Positions 15,802 to 25,031 of a stretch of 34,067 nt of DNA are shown piece by piece (the first letter of the stretch is position 1; each line of letters starts with the position of its first letter). A program made the translations under genes and the position numbers. The DNA is from a virus (Duplodnaviria > Caudoviricetes), in IMG/VR virus record IMGVR_UViG_3300037511_000448, positions 1 to 34,067 of that record, one strand, 5' to 3'. The notes under the pieces are model-generated. The model had not been told where the DNA came from. It saw nothing but the letters and a program-made list of their open reading frames with translations, and did no database searches.

Positions 15802-16029
15802 TTACTTCCTTTTATATTTCTTCATTCCTTCAGATTCATGGCGTCTGGCCATTTTTTCCATCCCGACTTCCCCATAAGCGGTTCCTTCCGCTCTTTTTTT
15901 AGGGTAACCTGCTTTCTCCATGACTTTAACATTGTGCGCCATTCCTTTTGGGGAAGCGGCTTTTTTCCCTTTAACAAGCATATCTCGTTTGTTATTTTCA
16001 GTGGCACCAGGGCGTTTATGTGAACTCAT
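15802..16029 (-). CDS. Small basic protein (75 aa), apparent paralog of the 44-aa protein
   Basis: AGGAG SD; shares the L.KG...S......N.......G......AY.E.G pattern. Confidence 0.7.
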   Translation of the reverse strand: MSSHKRPGATENNKRDMLVKGKKAASPKGMAHNVKVMEKAGYPKKRAEGTAYGEVGMEKMARRHESEGMKKYKRK

Positions 16030-16046
16030 TATTATCTCCTAATAAA

Positions 16047-16065
16047 GCCCCCCATAAAGAGGGGC
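16047..16065 (-). terminator. GC-rich hairpin, weak intrinsic terminator candidate
   Basis: gcccctc-tttat-ggggggc followed by tttatt on the minus strand. Confidence 0.45.
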
Positions 16066-16073
16066 GCGGGAAA

Positions 16074-17063
16074 TTAAACAGTAGGTACAACAGAATAATA
16101 TACATGCGCTACAAAAGTACTATCCCCAGTCGTAAAGGCACCTGTGATATTAGATAAATAAATACCTTTGTTGACACAGGTAGAAAACGTTTGGGGAACA
16201 ACACCAGTGTTAAACATAAATCCAGTACTTACACCTGCCTGAAAAGTAGCTGCCGATAAAGTAGTAGTTGCAATCACCCCTGCACCGTTAGCTGTCGAAT
16301 CATATTGTGCTGCTACTACGCCGCCATTTGCATAGGCCGCCGATACAAAGGTCATCAATAAATCAATGCGATGTACAATAATCATTGTATTAGCACCGAA
16401 CGCTAAAACTAATGCTTTAGGAGCGGCATACATACCATTAAATTCAGCAGCAGTAATAGGCACGGCCGTATAGCGCACCAACAAGGAAGACAAATTAGCG
16501 CTTAAAACTTTGCTTGCCCCTATTGTTGTAGCACCGGTATTAGAAATAGTAACATCTCCGCTCATTGCTACAGAAGTGGCTACGTTTCCAGCCGAGCCTA
16601 CCAATATATTGGCAGAAGGTAAAGCGGCTAACTTGCTATAAGCAATAGCAGCTGACGCATTGACGTCGGCATTAACTATTGCGCCTGTAGCAATACCAAA
16701 TACTCCGGTATTGGTTAGCGTAATATCGCCGGATGGCGTTACGCCTGTAGCTGTATTGGTGGCATCACCAACAAAAATATCTCCGTCCTGTAAAGTATCA
16801 CTTAATGTGCCTGGTGTAGCCGGAGCGGCATCAAATGTTTCATTAGTAGCATCTCTTACAAAAAATCCCTGACCGCCATCATAGTCGATAGCTACAAAAT
16901 CACCATCCAACCATTCAAATGCCCCGTTTTGAAGCGCTTCAATTTCATCTATTTGCGTAGTGAGATATCCGTTAGTAGTAATCGCCGTTAAATCATCGGT
17001 CGTAGTAATGCGGACAATAGAAGGCTCTATGCCCCAATCCCTGGAAATCGCAGTTATAGCCAT
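16074..17063 (-). CDS. Virion structural protein with fibre-type repeats (329 aa)
   Basis: Two SGD(I/V)T(L/I)xNTG repeats; A/T/G-rich; in the late operon. Confidence 0.65.
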   Translation of the reverse strand: MAITAISRDWGIEPSIVRITTTDDLTAITTNGYLTTQIDEIEALQNGAFEWLDGDFVAIDYDGGQGFFVRDATNETFDAAPATPGTLSDTLQDGDIFVGDATNTATGVTPSGDITLTNTGVFGIATGAIVNADVNASAAIAYSKLAALPSANILVGSAGNVATSVAMSGDVTISNTGATTIGASKVLSANLSSLLVRYTAVPITAAEFNGMYAAPKALVLAFGANTMIIVHRIDLLMTFVSAAYANGGVVAAQYDSTANGAGVIATTTLSAATFQAGVSTGFMFNTGVVPQTFSTCVNKGIYLSNITGAFTTGDSTFVAHVYYSVVPTV

Positions 17064-17087
17064 TACATTATCTCCTTATAATAGTAA

Positions 17088-17282
17088 TTATTTTATTTTT
17101 CTACGCCTCATCCTATCTATATCGTCTACACCTAAAAACCCTTCTTTCTCTACCATGGGATTGGTGTCATTAAATTGCGATATTCTTGCGATTTTTGCTC
17201 TATCTATTTCTTGGTTATAATTGAGCTTACCGGAACTATTTCGATCCGATTTTGTAAATTCCCTTTCAGCCATAACGGTCAT
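17088..17282 (-). CDS. Hypothetical protein (64 aa)
   Basis: Tightly packed in the late operon; GAGGA SD. Confidence 0.6.
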   Translation of the reverse strand: MTVMAEREFTKSDRNSSGKLNYNQEIDRAKIARISQFNDTNPMVEKEGFLGVDDIDRMRRRKIK

Positions 17283-17289
17283 CCTCTTG

Positions 17290-17502
17290 TTATTTTTTAG
17301 AAGATTTCAAAACTTTATTTGCCTTAGCATCTATCCTATTTAAAGACCCTTTGGGCAATGCGCCTTTATTATACTGCTGTTTAGCGCGCGCTTTAGCATT
17401 AATAGCGTGACTCTTATCTTCCATCGGATATTTGCGTTCTTTAGGTAGCCCAAAATCACTTTTTGGTAATTTATTCCGTACTTTAGTAGAAAGCGTAGCC
17501 AT
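17290..17502 (-). CDS. Small basic protein (70 aa)
   Basis: RNKLPKSDFGLPKERKYPM.DKSHA.NAKAR motif recurrent in phage late regions; AGGAG SD. Confidence 0.75.
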   Translation of the reverse strand: MATLSTKVRNKLPKSDFGLPKERKYPMEDKSHAINAKARAKQQYNKGALPKGSLNRIDAKANKVLKSSKK

Positions 17503-17523
17503 TATATCACTCCTGGTAGCTAA

Positions 17524-17682
17524 TTAGTTTGTTTTTTCAACGTCTTCCCCTTTTTTTATCTCTTTTAATTGCTCTTCAATCACCAAAATGGCTCCCAAAC
17601 ATTGGTGATAATTGTTTTCCATCAATTTTAATTGAGCTTTCAACTCTACTAATTGTTTATTTAAATGTTCTTCACTTAACAT
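17524..17682 (-). CDS. Small coiled-coil protein (52 aa), possible tail-fibre chaperone
   Basis: GGGAG SD before the ATG at 17682; heptad pattern; follows the fibre genes. Confidence 0.55.
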   Translation of the reverse strand: MLSEEHLNKQLVELKAQLKLMENNYHQCLGAILVIEEQLKEIKKGEDVEKTN

Positions 17683-17693
17683 ATTCTTCTCCC

Positions 17694-18113
17694 TTAAGCC
17701 ACTAATACATCCAGATGACCGTATTGTTGCTCTATAATCAAATTGTCTCCTGGGGACGCAGTAGAAGCCGCAGCCCATGCTACTAAATTGATATACTGGT
17801 TAGCGTACGTAGTAGTCGACTTCCAATTACGTGCTTTAGATATCACTCCATGATGATTTCCAGGGGTAATATTAAAGGCATTAGCCGGATCTAATAAAGT
17901 CCCTCCTACTGAGATTGCAGTATCAGCCATTATTATCCAGCTTCCTAACATCACATTAAAACTATAAGGATTGGTCGCCTCAAATTCGGCAGTAATCTGC
18001 ACGATCTGATCCACATTTATTTGAGAAATGGGAACGCTATATATGACTTGTTTTGTGGTATTAAAAATGTCGAGTTGCGTTACATTTTCCGATAAATCTT
18101 GTCCGTAAAACAT
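17694..18113 (-). CDS. Beta-rich tail-associated protein (139 aa)
   Basis: Coupled to the upstream fibre gene; alternating beta-strand pattern. Confidence 0.55.
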   Translation of the reverse strand: MFYGQDLSENVTQLDIFNTTKQVIYSVPISQINVDQIVQITAEFEATNPYSFNVMLGSWIIMADTAISVGGTLLDPANAFNITPGNHHGVISKARNWKSTTTYANQYINLVAWAAASTASPGDNLIIEQQYGHLDVLVA

Positions 18114-18829
18114 TAGTCATTTCTCCTGGCTGATAAAAATCCGTATGCAGATAATGTCGAGGCACTAAAAGTTGCCCTTACAACTACATAAACTGTTGTG
18201 GTTGAAGCTAAAGCAAATCGTCCTTCTTGTAGAGGAAATGAATAGGTAACCGCTCCTGCCACTAAGGAAGAAAATCCTGCAATAGATTGCGAGGTGCTTG
18301 TAGACAAAACGCCGGGTAATGTGTTATTAGTTAAGCTTAAGGCTCCGCGCAAATCTTGTATACTGGTAGAAGCACCGGCTATAAAAGCAACCCCTCCCCA
18401 TGTGTTCCAATCGCCTGCAGTCAAATTCAATGAGGTAAGAGTAACAGCGGTTCCTGTAGTCAATGCAATAGCACTTCCAAAAGCCACAGAAGAATTCATG
18501 AATTCCCCTATATAGCCGGCAGCTGGATTGGTATTTGTAGATCGGCCTTGTAACTGAACTCCACTAGTCCCTTGTTTTCTTAAGTCTAATTCTATGTTGG
18601 AATTAGCCCCTACCGCTGCTATGGTAGGATTGTTCCCTGTTGCCGCATTGCTCATCTGGATATAATTTATGGCGCTAGGATTGGCTATAAAGTTTTGTAT
18701 AGTATTACCATTTATGTCTTTTATCTGAGCGATAATAGGTGTAGTAATCGTGGGAGAGTTGCTTCCCACAAAATTTAAGGTCCCGCTAGCTCCAGATAAA
18801 GTGGTATTGATTTGGTTTTTGGTTGCCAT
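18113..18829 (-). CDS. Short tail fibre / receptor-binding protein, paralog 2 (238 aa)
   Basis: GYIGEF..S and SLNLTAGDWN.WG motifs; colinear with 18834-19550. Confidence 0.75.
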   Translation of the reverse strand: MATKNQINTTLSGASGTLNFVGSNSPTITTPIIAQIKDINGNTIQNFIANPSAINYIQMSNAATGNNPTIAAVGANSNIELDLRKQGTSGVQLQGRSTNTNPAAGYIGEFMNSSVAFGSAIALTTGTAVTLTSLNLTAGDWNTWGGVAFIAGASTSIQDLRGALSLTNNTLPGVLSTSTSQSIAGFSSLVAGAVTYSFPLQEGRFALASTTTVYVVVRATFSASTLSAYGFLSARRND

Positions 18830-18833
18830 AGGA

Positions 18834-19550
18834 TTAACTCCTTCGCCGGGCTGCTATAAATCCATAGGCGATAAGTGTGTTAACCGTAAAAGTGCCTTGC
18901 GCTACTAAATATACGGTGGTCGTTGCAGCCAACGTTAAACGCCCCATAGAAATGGGCAACGTAAAGGTAGTAATTCCAACAAAGGGCGCGTAATTGTTAA
19001 TACTTTGATTGTAATCGACTGCCAAAACCGTAGGAGGTAGGGCATTATTAGTAGGGCTAATAGAGGCGATAAGTTGATTAACACTGGTGCCTGAGCCACT
19101 TTGAAAAGCGATAGCGCCCCAAACGTTCCAGTCGCCAGCGGTTAATGAAATACTGGTAACTGAAGCTGGGGTCGCTGTAGTCAAGTTAACGGCTGAACCT
19201 GAAGTGATATTTGACGAAATAAACTCTCCAATATAACCCGTAGGTGGGCTTGTATTAGTCGACCGCCCCTGCACTATAACCCCTGAAGTTCCTTTGCCTA
19301 TAAAGTTTAGCGCCACATCTGTATCGGAGCCCATGGCACTGATATTAGGCGCTGTACCCGTGGCCGCATTAGCTACTGATAAATAATTTACAGCGCTAGC
19401 AGTAGCGCTTAGCGACAGCTCAATATTGCCACTAGCATCATTTATTTGTGCAATAACAGGAGTGGTAATAGTGGGCGACGTGGAGCCTACAAAGCTTCCG
19501 GTTCCTGTCTGTCCTGATAATCCTACATCAATTTGATTTCTCGTTGCCAT
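18834..19550 (-). CDS. Short tail fibre / receptor-binding protein, paralog 1 (238 aa)
   Basis: Same motifs and identical length to 18113-18829. Confidence 0.75.
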   Translation of the reverse strand: MATRNQIDVGLSGQTGTGSFVGSTSPTITTPVIAQINDASGNIELSLSATASAVNYLSVANAATGTAPNISAMGSDTDVALNFIGKGTSGVIVQGRSTNTSPPTGYIGEFISSNITSGSAVNLTTATPASVTSISLTAGDWNVWGAIAFQSGSGTSVNQLIASISPTNNALPPTVLAVDYNQSINNYAPFVGITTFTLPISMGRLTLAATTTVYLVAQGTFTVNTLIAYGFIAARRRS

Positions 19551-19558
19551 TGCAATCC

Positions 19559-21682
19559 TTATGCTATGGTTAATCCTGCAGAGTTAGTGGTACGCACACG
19601 CCATGTGGTATTAGCTACAATGCACGTTACATAGACATTATCGCTAGCTGCAGCGCTCGTTAAACTTCCTGCCGAGGACGTCGTTGAAGACCCAATCTTA
19701 ATAGTTTGACCGGTATTGGCCGCTAAAATCCATCCTGCAGCTCCCAGACCTTCTACCCCTACTATATCGCCTACAGCAGCAGTGGCCGGAAGTGTTACTG
19801 TAGTTTGAGCTGCATTTCCAGCAACATATCCATTATTAACCGCAGCCGCTTGTGTAGTGCCCGCTATAGTCGACCACGCAAGGCCTCCTCCGGTTGCCGT
19901 AATGGTGATGCTTGCGGCGGCATTAGTAATTGAAACACCAGTACCTGCAGTTAATGTGGCTGCTGTTGGGGTCGAGCCAGTGGAGCCAATAATAAGTTGC
20001 CCGTTAGTCATCGTACTGGACCATACGGGAACGCCGGAGCTATTAGTAACCAAAGACGCGCTATTGGCGGTAGGAAGTCCTGTAACCGTATTGGTTCCAT
20101 TTGAATATAATAAGGTACTGGCCGCATACGTATCTGCAAAGGTGGCCGTACTTGCTACCCAGTTAGTTCCGTTAGCCCTTAATACAGTACCCGTACCGGT
20201 AGCTGTAGAAGGAAAGGTAGCCGTAGTCCAAGAAGGGGCACCAGAAGCTCCGGACTGCAGATGTTGGCCAGCAGTTGCGGTTCCAGAAAGAATCGCCATA
20301 GCCGTAGCTGTAGAATAAACTATACCGCCATTGGAAGCGGTTAAAGAGGCATTTGTACCCCCTCGAGTTAAAGCTAATTGGCCAGTCCATCCTAAGGTTA
20401 AAGAAGTAGCTTGTAATAATGCGGTTGCCGGTGTTCCTCCAAGGGTTAAGGTGACATTAGTATCGTCTGTTTTGGTAAGCGCAGCCGGTGTTGGTAACTG
20501 AGAAGTCCATGCAACGGTGCCATCGGAATCTTGAAACGTAGCCGTACGGGTAGCCGCGGTATTAGCAAAATTAAATTGCGTATTATGTTGATACGTAGTC
20601 CCTGTAGAAAAACTGATGGGCGCAGTAGTTGAGGCGCTAGATAATTGCAGTGTCCCGGTGCCTTTAGTTTGCAGTACAAGTCCAATATTAGTATTTGACC
20701 CGTTAGATTGTAATGCAGGATGCCCTACTCCATTTCCATTAAATAAAGTTAAATAATCTACGGGCGTAGTTCTAGGCGAGAAAGCTAAAAGCGTGTCTCC
20801 ATTTAAATCCAATAAACCATTATTAGTGCTAAATTGAACGGACGCAAATTGAACCGCACTGGACGTTGCTATACTCTGAGGCAATGTTAATGTCACTGCT
20901 CCTGTTTGCGGAGTCACGGAAATTCCATTGGCAAGAACCTGATTAGCTGTGCCAATAATGCTAGTGACAGCACCTCCCACGGAAGAATCCACATAATTTT
21001 TAACCGATAATGCTGTGGGAATATTAGTAGCTAACGCTGTGGCCATGGTATCGTCGTTGATAATAGCCGATATCGCGGTAGTAGACTGAATAGTAAAGGT
21101 ACCAGGAGCATTTAGCGTTGAGGATAAAGAAAATATGGGGTTGGCACTTCCATCCCCATTTGCCACATTAATTTGATTGGTAGTACCTAAAAATGTGCGC
21201 GAAGCTAATGCACCACTCACTATAGTAGAGGATAAAAATCCAGTAGCTAAAGCACTTAAAAAAACTCCATTCACTAAAGTACCATCATCTATAGTAGAAA
21301 TAAGATGAGAATTTGCTAAATCTTGTACTGTTTTACTAAGTACGCCGCCTTGGTCTTGTATGCCAATTAAGCTTGCACCTTGTAATGGCAAATGACTAGC
21401 TAATAAAGGAAGTATACTTCCGGTGCTGGATAATTCTACCCAAGTAGCCGATAAGGGCTCATAATATTCATAGGCTATACTAGAGGTATTAAATCGCAAT
21501 CTATAATACATACTAGGAGCAATAGCAGGCCGTTCAGCAGTAGTGCCAGGAGGCAACAACGGAAAGGCATTCGTGAACCTAGTATTTATAGTCAACGTAT
21601 TGTCCAAACCTACCGTAATCTGATTAGGTTCTAAGTCACCGCCATCCGTAAATTCACTAAATTTTATAGTCTCAACCATCAC
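19559..21682 (-). CDS. Long tail fibre protein (707 aa)
   Basis: G/T/A/S-rich; PGTTAERP, RGGTNASLTASNGG and TLTAGTGVSITN fibre-type segments. Confidence 0.8.
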   Translation of the reverse strand: MMVETIKFSEFTDGGDLEPNQITVGLDNTLTINTRFTNAFPLLPPGTTAERPAIAPSMYYRLRFNTSSIAYEYYEPLSATWVELSSTGSILPLLASHLPLQGASLIGIQDQGGVLSKTVQDLANSHLISTIDDGTLVNGVFLSALATGFLSSTIVSGALASRTFLGTTNQINVANGDGSANPIFSLSSTLNAPGTFTIQSTTAISAIINDDTMATALATNIPTALSVKNYVDSSVGGAVTSIIGTANQVLANGISVTPQTGAVTLTLPQSIATSSAVQFASVQFSTNNGLLDLNGDTLLAFSPRTTPVDYLTLFNGNGVGHPALQSNGSNTNIGLVLQTKGTGTLQLSSASTTAPISFSTGTTYQHNTQFNFANTAATRTATFQDSDGTVAWTSQLPTPAALTKTDDTNVTLTLGGTPATALLQATSLTLGWTGQLALTRGGTNASLTASNGGIVYSTATAMAILSGTATAGQHLQSGASGAPSWTTATFPSTATGTGTVLRANGTNWVASTATFADTYAASTLLYSNGTNTVTGLPTANSASLVTNSSGVPVWSSTMTNGQLIIGSTGSTPTAATLTAGTGVSITNAAASITITATGGGLAWSTIAGTTQAAAVNNGYVAGNAAQTTVTLPATAAVGDIVGVEGLGAAGWILAANTGQTIKIGSSTTSSAGSLTSAAASDNVYVTCIVANTTWRVRTTNSAGLTIA

Positions 21683-21701
21683 TATTCCTTGTGATAAACG
21701 T

Positions 21702-22040
21702 TTAGCTACCTTGTAATTGCCTTAAGGATACCCCTACATATGCAGTCGCATCAGGTGTTATTAAGTGTAAAACATCGCCGCCTTTTACATATCGCTTCCA
21801 AGGTCTGAATTCATTGTATTGTTCTGTTCCTACGGTTCCAGAAGCCGGGATGGCTGGCACACCGTTTTTCCGTACAAAAACATTAGAGGTAGATATGTAA
21901 CTAAATAAGGCCTGATATTGAATAGTGGCAGATCCAGGTATCGTTATAGTTTTTTCTGTATTGGCAGCTAAAGCCACTTGATAATCGGTGTCACTAAACG
22001 GAATAGTGCCATGGTAATTACTGTTATATTTAATAGCCAT
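21702..22040 (-). CDS. Tail-associated hypothetical protein (112 aa)
   Basis: AGGAG SD; between tailspike and fibre genes. Confidence 0.7.
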   Translation of the reverse strand: MAIKYNSNYHGTIPFSDTDYQVALAANTEKTITIPGSATIQYQALFSYISTSNVFVRKNGVPAIPASGTVGTEQYNEFRPWKRYVKGGDVLHLITPDATAYVGVSLRQLQGS

Positions 22041-22053
22041 TTTTTAAATCTCC

Positions 22054-24171
22054 TTAAGCGACTAATCCAAGTCGTCCATCAATCGTATAGTAAAATTGAA
22101 TATATCCTGTGCCTGCCTGTGCGACTAAGGCATTAGCGGTTAAAACAGAAGCCGTTCCCGAAGGCACATAAGCTATCGCTTTGTTAGTTGTGGATAATGC
22201 AGCCCAATAACTGGTGGGTGCAGTAACATTAGAGGCTGAGGTACCATTGTAATAAAGATTGGCCTCTACCTGATTTATAGTGCCGTTAGGATGATAAAGA
22301 GTAACCGTTGGGCTTGCTGTACGTTTTATAGTTAAAAATTCTAAATTAAAAGGGGATACCGCTAAATAATGGCTTAGCCCTACTGTTTGAACTGTCTGTA
22401 ATTTCAATATAGGTACATTCGAAAACCCTAAATTTTGATCCGGAAGTTGGCCAATATTTAAGGAGGTTTCGTAATAATATTGACATTGGCTTAGTGTTTG
22501 ATCGAAAGTTAAAGGATTTGAAGCAATGGCAAATTCGTTAGGCACTAAAGAGATATCATTAAAAACGATATTATCGGGTGTTCCGGTTGAGACCATATTA
22601 CTTATAGTAAAAGCAACTATACCTACGGTCATATTATCGCCTAAACTTGCCGGCAAACTCATATTATTAAATGCAAGGGTTTGAACGCCATTTGCAAGAT
22701 TATATACAGGATCGTTCTCTGGCGCCGCAACAAACCATCCAGCAGAAAAGTTAGGATTATTTGAAGCGGTCCAAGAAGCAATAGGCTCTGATTGAGAAAG
22801 TGTAGAAGGTACTGTTGCTCTATAAATTAACCGTAATTTAAAAAACAGTGTACTTGAAGGGGTTTGTTTCTGCGCATTTAAGGTCACCAAAGCAGACATT
22901 GACGAGCCGCAATAAGGTCGAATAGTGGCAGCATCTATATATTGAATTAAAGCAAATTGGTTACTTGCAGCATTGGCCGTTACTTTAAATCCATAATTTT
23001 CATCGGCTGTCCCTCTGCCGACTAATATAGCATTTCCAGTGGCAGAGGATACATAAGGTTGCGTTACTGCTATGGTTTGGTCTGCAGTATATCCAAATGT
23101 GGCTAACGCCGTATCCGCTGTTGTCGTAAATTGCCAGGGATTAAGTCCAAAATTCCATCCCGTCAATACAGAAGCCTTTGGACTAAATAAAATGCTATCA
23201 CGATAGTAATGAAAAGTATGGTCTACTTGTCGTTCAATCGTATCTTGTTCATATTCAAAATCGGTAGGAATATCCGATGCTATGACTTGAATGCTAGTCA
23301 GATAAATTTCTATATTAGAAGGCAATCTAATTTGATAATCAATATATGCATCTGGAGGGGTATCTGTATTGGTTGTTGCAGGTATTAATGCATAACCCTG
23401 ATATTGCTCATATTCTTCAGTTAATGCAGGAATATTAAGCAATGAAGTCAAAGGCGTTCCCATAGAATCTACTAAATAGACTTGAATGCTAGTGGCAGCA
23501 CCTTGTATTTTAGCCGTAATGGAAGTGGATACATATTTATTCGCCCATAACATACCGTTTTGATTAAATCGTTGGCGTAATCGTACAGTCCCTGCAGTCC
23601 ATGTACCGCTTAGCGTCATCTTCAGTGCATATGGTGCATTTGTAGCATTAGCCTGGGAGCTATTCAGGGCTTCTCTTGCTAGTATAACAGTACCAGTGCC
23701 ATCAGCCTCTAAAAACCATCCGGGAGCTACTTCAACGCCGTCTGGGATAGTTGTGTTCGCCAATGCGAAAGGCGAATTAAAGCTAATCAATGAAAATTGG
23801 GGATTAGTTATTTGATTGTCTGTAAATATACCTACCGCATCTATAGGTGTATTTCCACCACCGCCATCGGGTATGTAATTATTGATTTCATAAATTAAAG
23901 GAGCGCTCTGGGTATTACCCTGGCGAATTTCTAAGCGATAAACTTGCGCAGGATTCCAGTAAATATCTATGGGCAATGTACCATTAGCCAAGAACTGTAT
24001 AGGGTCTGTCCAAGGAAATTGTCCATTGGGATCGTGCCATACAGGTGATGGAATGTACGGTAAGTCGTTTTCAAGCGTAAACAAATAAAACGTATCATCA
24101 CACTGTTTTCCGGTAAGGTCTACAAAACTCCATACCGGGTTAAAACTCCGCACGTACCCATTCGTCGCCAT
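22054..24171 (-). CDS. Tailspike-like protein with particle-binding N-terminal domain (705 aa)
   Basis: N-terminal P.PVWHDPNG..PWTDPI...ANG...IYW....YRLEI resembles head-binding domains of P22-like tailspikes; position equals P22 gene 9. Confidence 0.7.
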   Translation of the reverse strand: MATNGYVRSFNPVWSFVDLTGKQCDDTFYLFTLENDLPYIPSPVWHDPNGQFPWTDPIQFLANGTLPIDIYWNPAQVYRLEIRQGNTQSAPLIYEINNYIPDGGGGNTPIDAVGIFTDNQITNPQFSLISFNSPFALANTTIPDGVEVAPGWFLEADGTGTVILAREALNSSQANATNAPYALKMTLSGTWTAGTVRLRQRFNQNGMLWANKYVSTSITAKIQGAATSIQVYLVDSMGTPLTSLLNIPALTEEYEQYQGYALIPATTNTDTPPDAYIDYQIRLPSNIEIYLTSIQVIASDIPTDFEYEQDTIERQVDHTFHYYRDSILFSPKASVLTGWNFGLNPWQFTTTADTALATFGYTADQTIAVTQPYVSSATGNAILVGRGTADENYGFKVTANAASNQFALIQYIDAATIRPYCGSSMSALVTLNAQKQTPSSTLFFKLRLIYRATVPSTLSQSEPIASWTASNNPNFSAGWFVAAPENDPVYNLANGVQTLAFNNMSLPASLGDNMTVGIVAFTISNMVSTGTPDNIVFNDISLVPNEFAIASNPLTFDQTLSQCQYYYETSLNIGQLPDQNLGFSNVPILKLQTVQTVGLSHYLAVSPFNLEFLTIKRTASPTVTLYHPNGTINQVEANLYYNGTSASNVTAPTSYWAALSTTNKAIAYVPSGTASVLTANALVAQAGTGYIQFYYTIDGRLGLVA

Positions 24172-24250
24172 TAATCACTCCTTGATTAATTTTGTCCCAA
24201 ATAATACCACAAAGTGGATGTTTTATATATATGTCAAGGGTTTATGGCGT

Positions 24251-24294
24251 GGGTAATTTAGGGGTAATTTACCGCGATTTACCGTAATTTGTCG
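24251..24294. repeat. Array of about 10-bp phased repeats
   Basis: ggtaattta / ggtaattta / cgcgattta / cgtaatttg. Confidence 0.7.
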
Positions 24295-24531
24295 TGGGAA
24301 AATAAAATATTACTCCTGTCTACAGGGCTAAATAAGGGTATTTTACTCTGGTTATCCCGATTTATGTTTTTAGTTAACCTAATAGCTTAGAAAATAACCA
24401 TTCAATTTGTTCAACGTCTGGAATAAGTAAAATCTTTTATCAACCATGCTGTCTACTCCCATTTTTATTTGATTAAAAGCGTTTGGAATGGGTAGTAAAA
24501 CTTATAATTTGAGCAAATACAGCAGAGGCAC

Positions 24532-24574
24532 ACGCTCGTTTACGCACAGTACGTAAACGAGCGTAAACGGGCGT
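24532..24574. repeat. Perfect 13-bp inverted repeat plus 10-bp direct repeat
   Basis: acgctcgtttacg-cacagta-cgtaaacgagcgt, continuing cgtaaacgag cgtaaacggg cgta. Confidence 0.85.
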
Positions 24575-24640
24575 ATTTTTATGCTTGTTTTATGGTCATC
24601 TATATATTAAAATTATTTACATATGTGGAAGGAAATAATT

Positions 24641-24916
24641 ATGAGTTCTCTAGATTCAGCTACAGAACAATATATCGAACATGAAGTAAAGATTCGTGTG
24701 CTTGAAGCGAAGCATGATGAGATCTATAGAGAATTCGGTAAAATTGCTGACATGTTCAAAAAAATTGATCATGGATTTGAGTTAACTGATAAATTAATTG
24801 ATCGAAAATTTGAGTTATTAGATGCAAAAATTGAGTCTAGAACTATGCTGATCGTAGGATTAATCATTACTTCAATCATTCTTCCTGTTGTTCTTCATTA
24901 TTTAAAATTGGTTTAA
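24641..24916 (+). CDS. Coiled-coil protein with C-terminal TM anchor (91 aa; DUF1640/Bdr-like)
   Basis: GGAAGGA SD; heptads followed by MLIVGLIITSIILPVVL. Confidence 0.75.
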   Translation: MSSLDSATEQYIEHEVKIRVLEAKHDEIYREFGKIADMFKKIDHGFELTDKLIDRKFELLDAKIESRTMLIVGLIITSIILPVVLHYLKLV

Positions 24917-24926
24917 GGGGAATCTT

Positions 24927-25031
24927 ATGTATTGGTTACTTTTTATTGGTTATTTGATGTGGGTTTTTCCCATATGGCTTGAAGCATTAGATGACCTGCA
25001 TTCCCTAAGAGACCATCCTTATAAATTTTAA
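24927..25031 (+). CDS. Small membrane protein (34 aa, MYWLLFIGYLMWVFPIWLEALDDLHSLRDHPYKF)
   Basis: Hand translation; AAGGGG SD; stop overlaps the converging ejection gene. Confidence 0.55.
   Translation: MYWLLFIGYLMWVFPIWLEALDDLHSLRDHPYKF

Noticed and set aside
18113-19550. Diversity-generating retroelement (TR/VR) behind the twin 238-aa genes
   Set aside because: No reverse transcriptase in the genome; divergence spans the full length and is not adenine-specific.
19857-20685. ORFs overlapping the 707-aa fibre gene
   Set aside because: Shadow frames arising from the biased Thr/Ala/Gly codon content.
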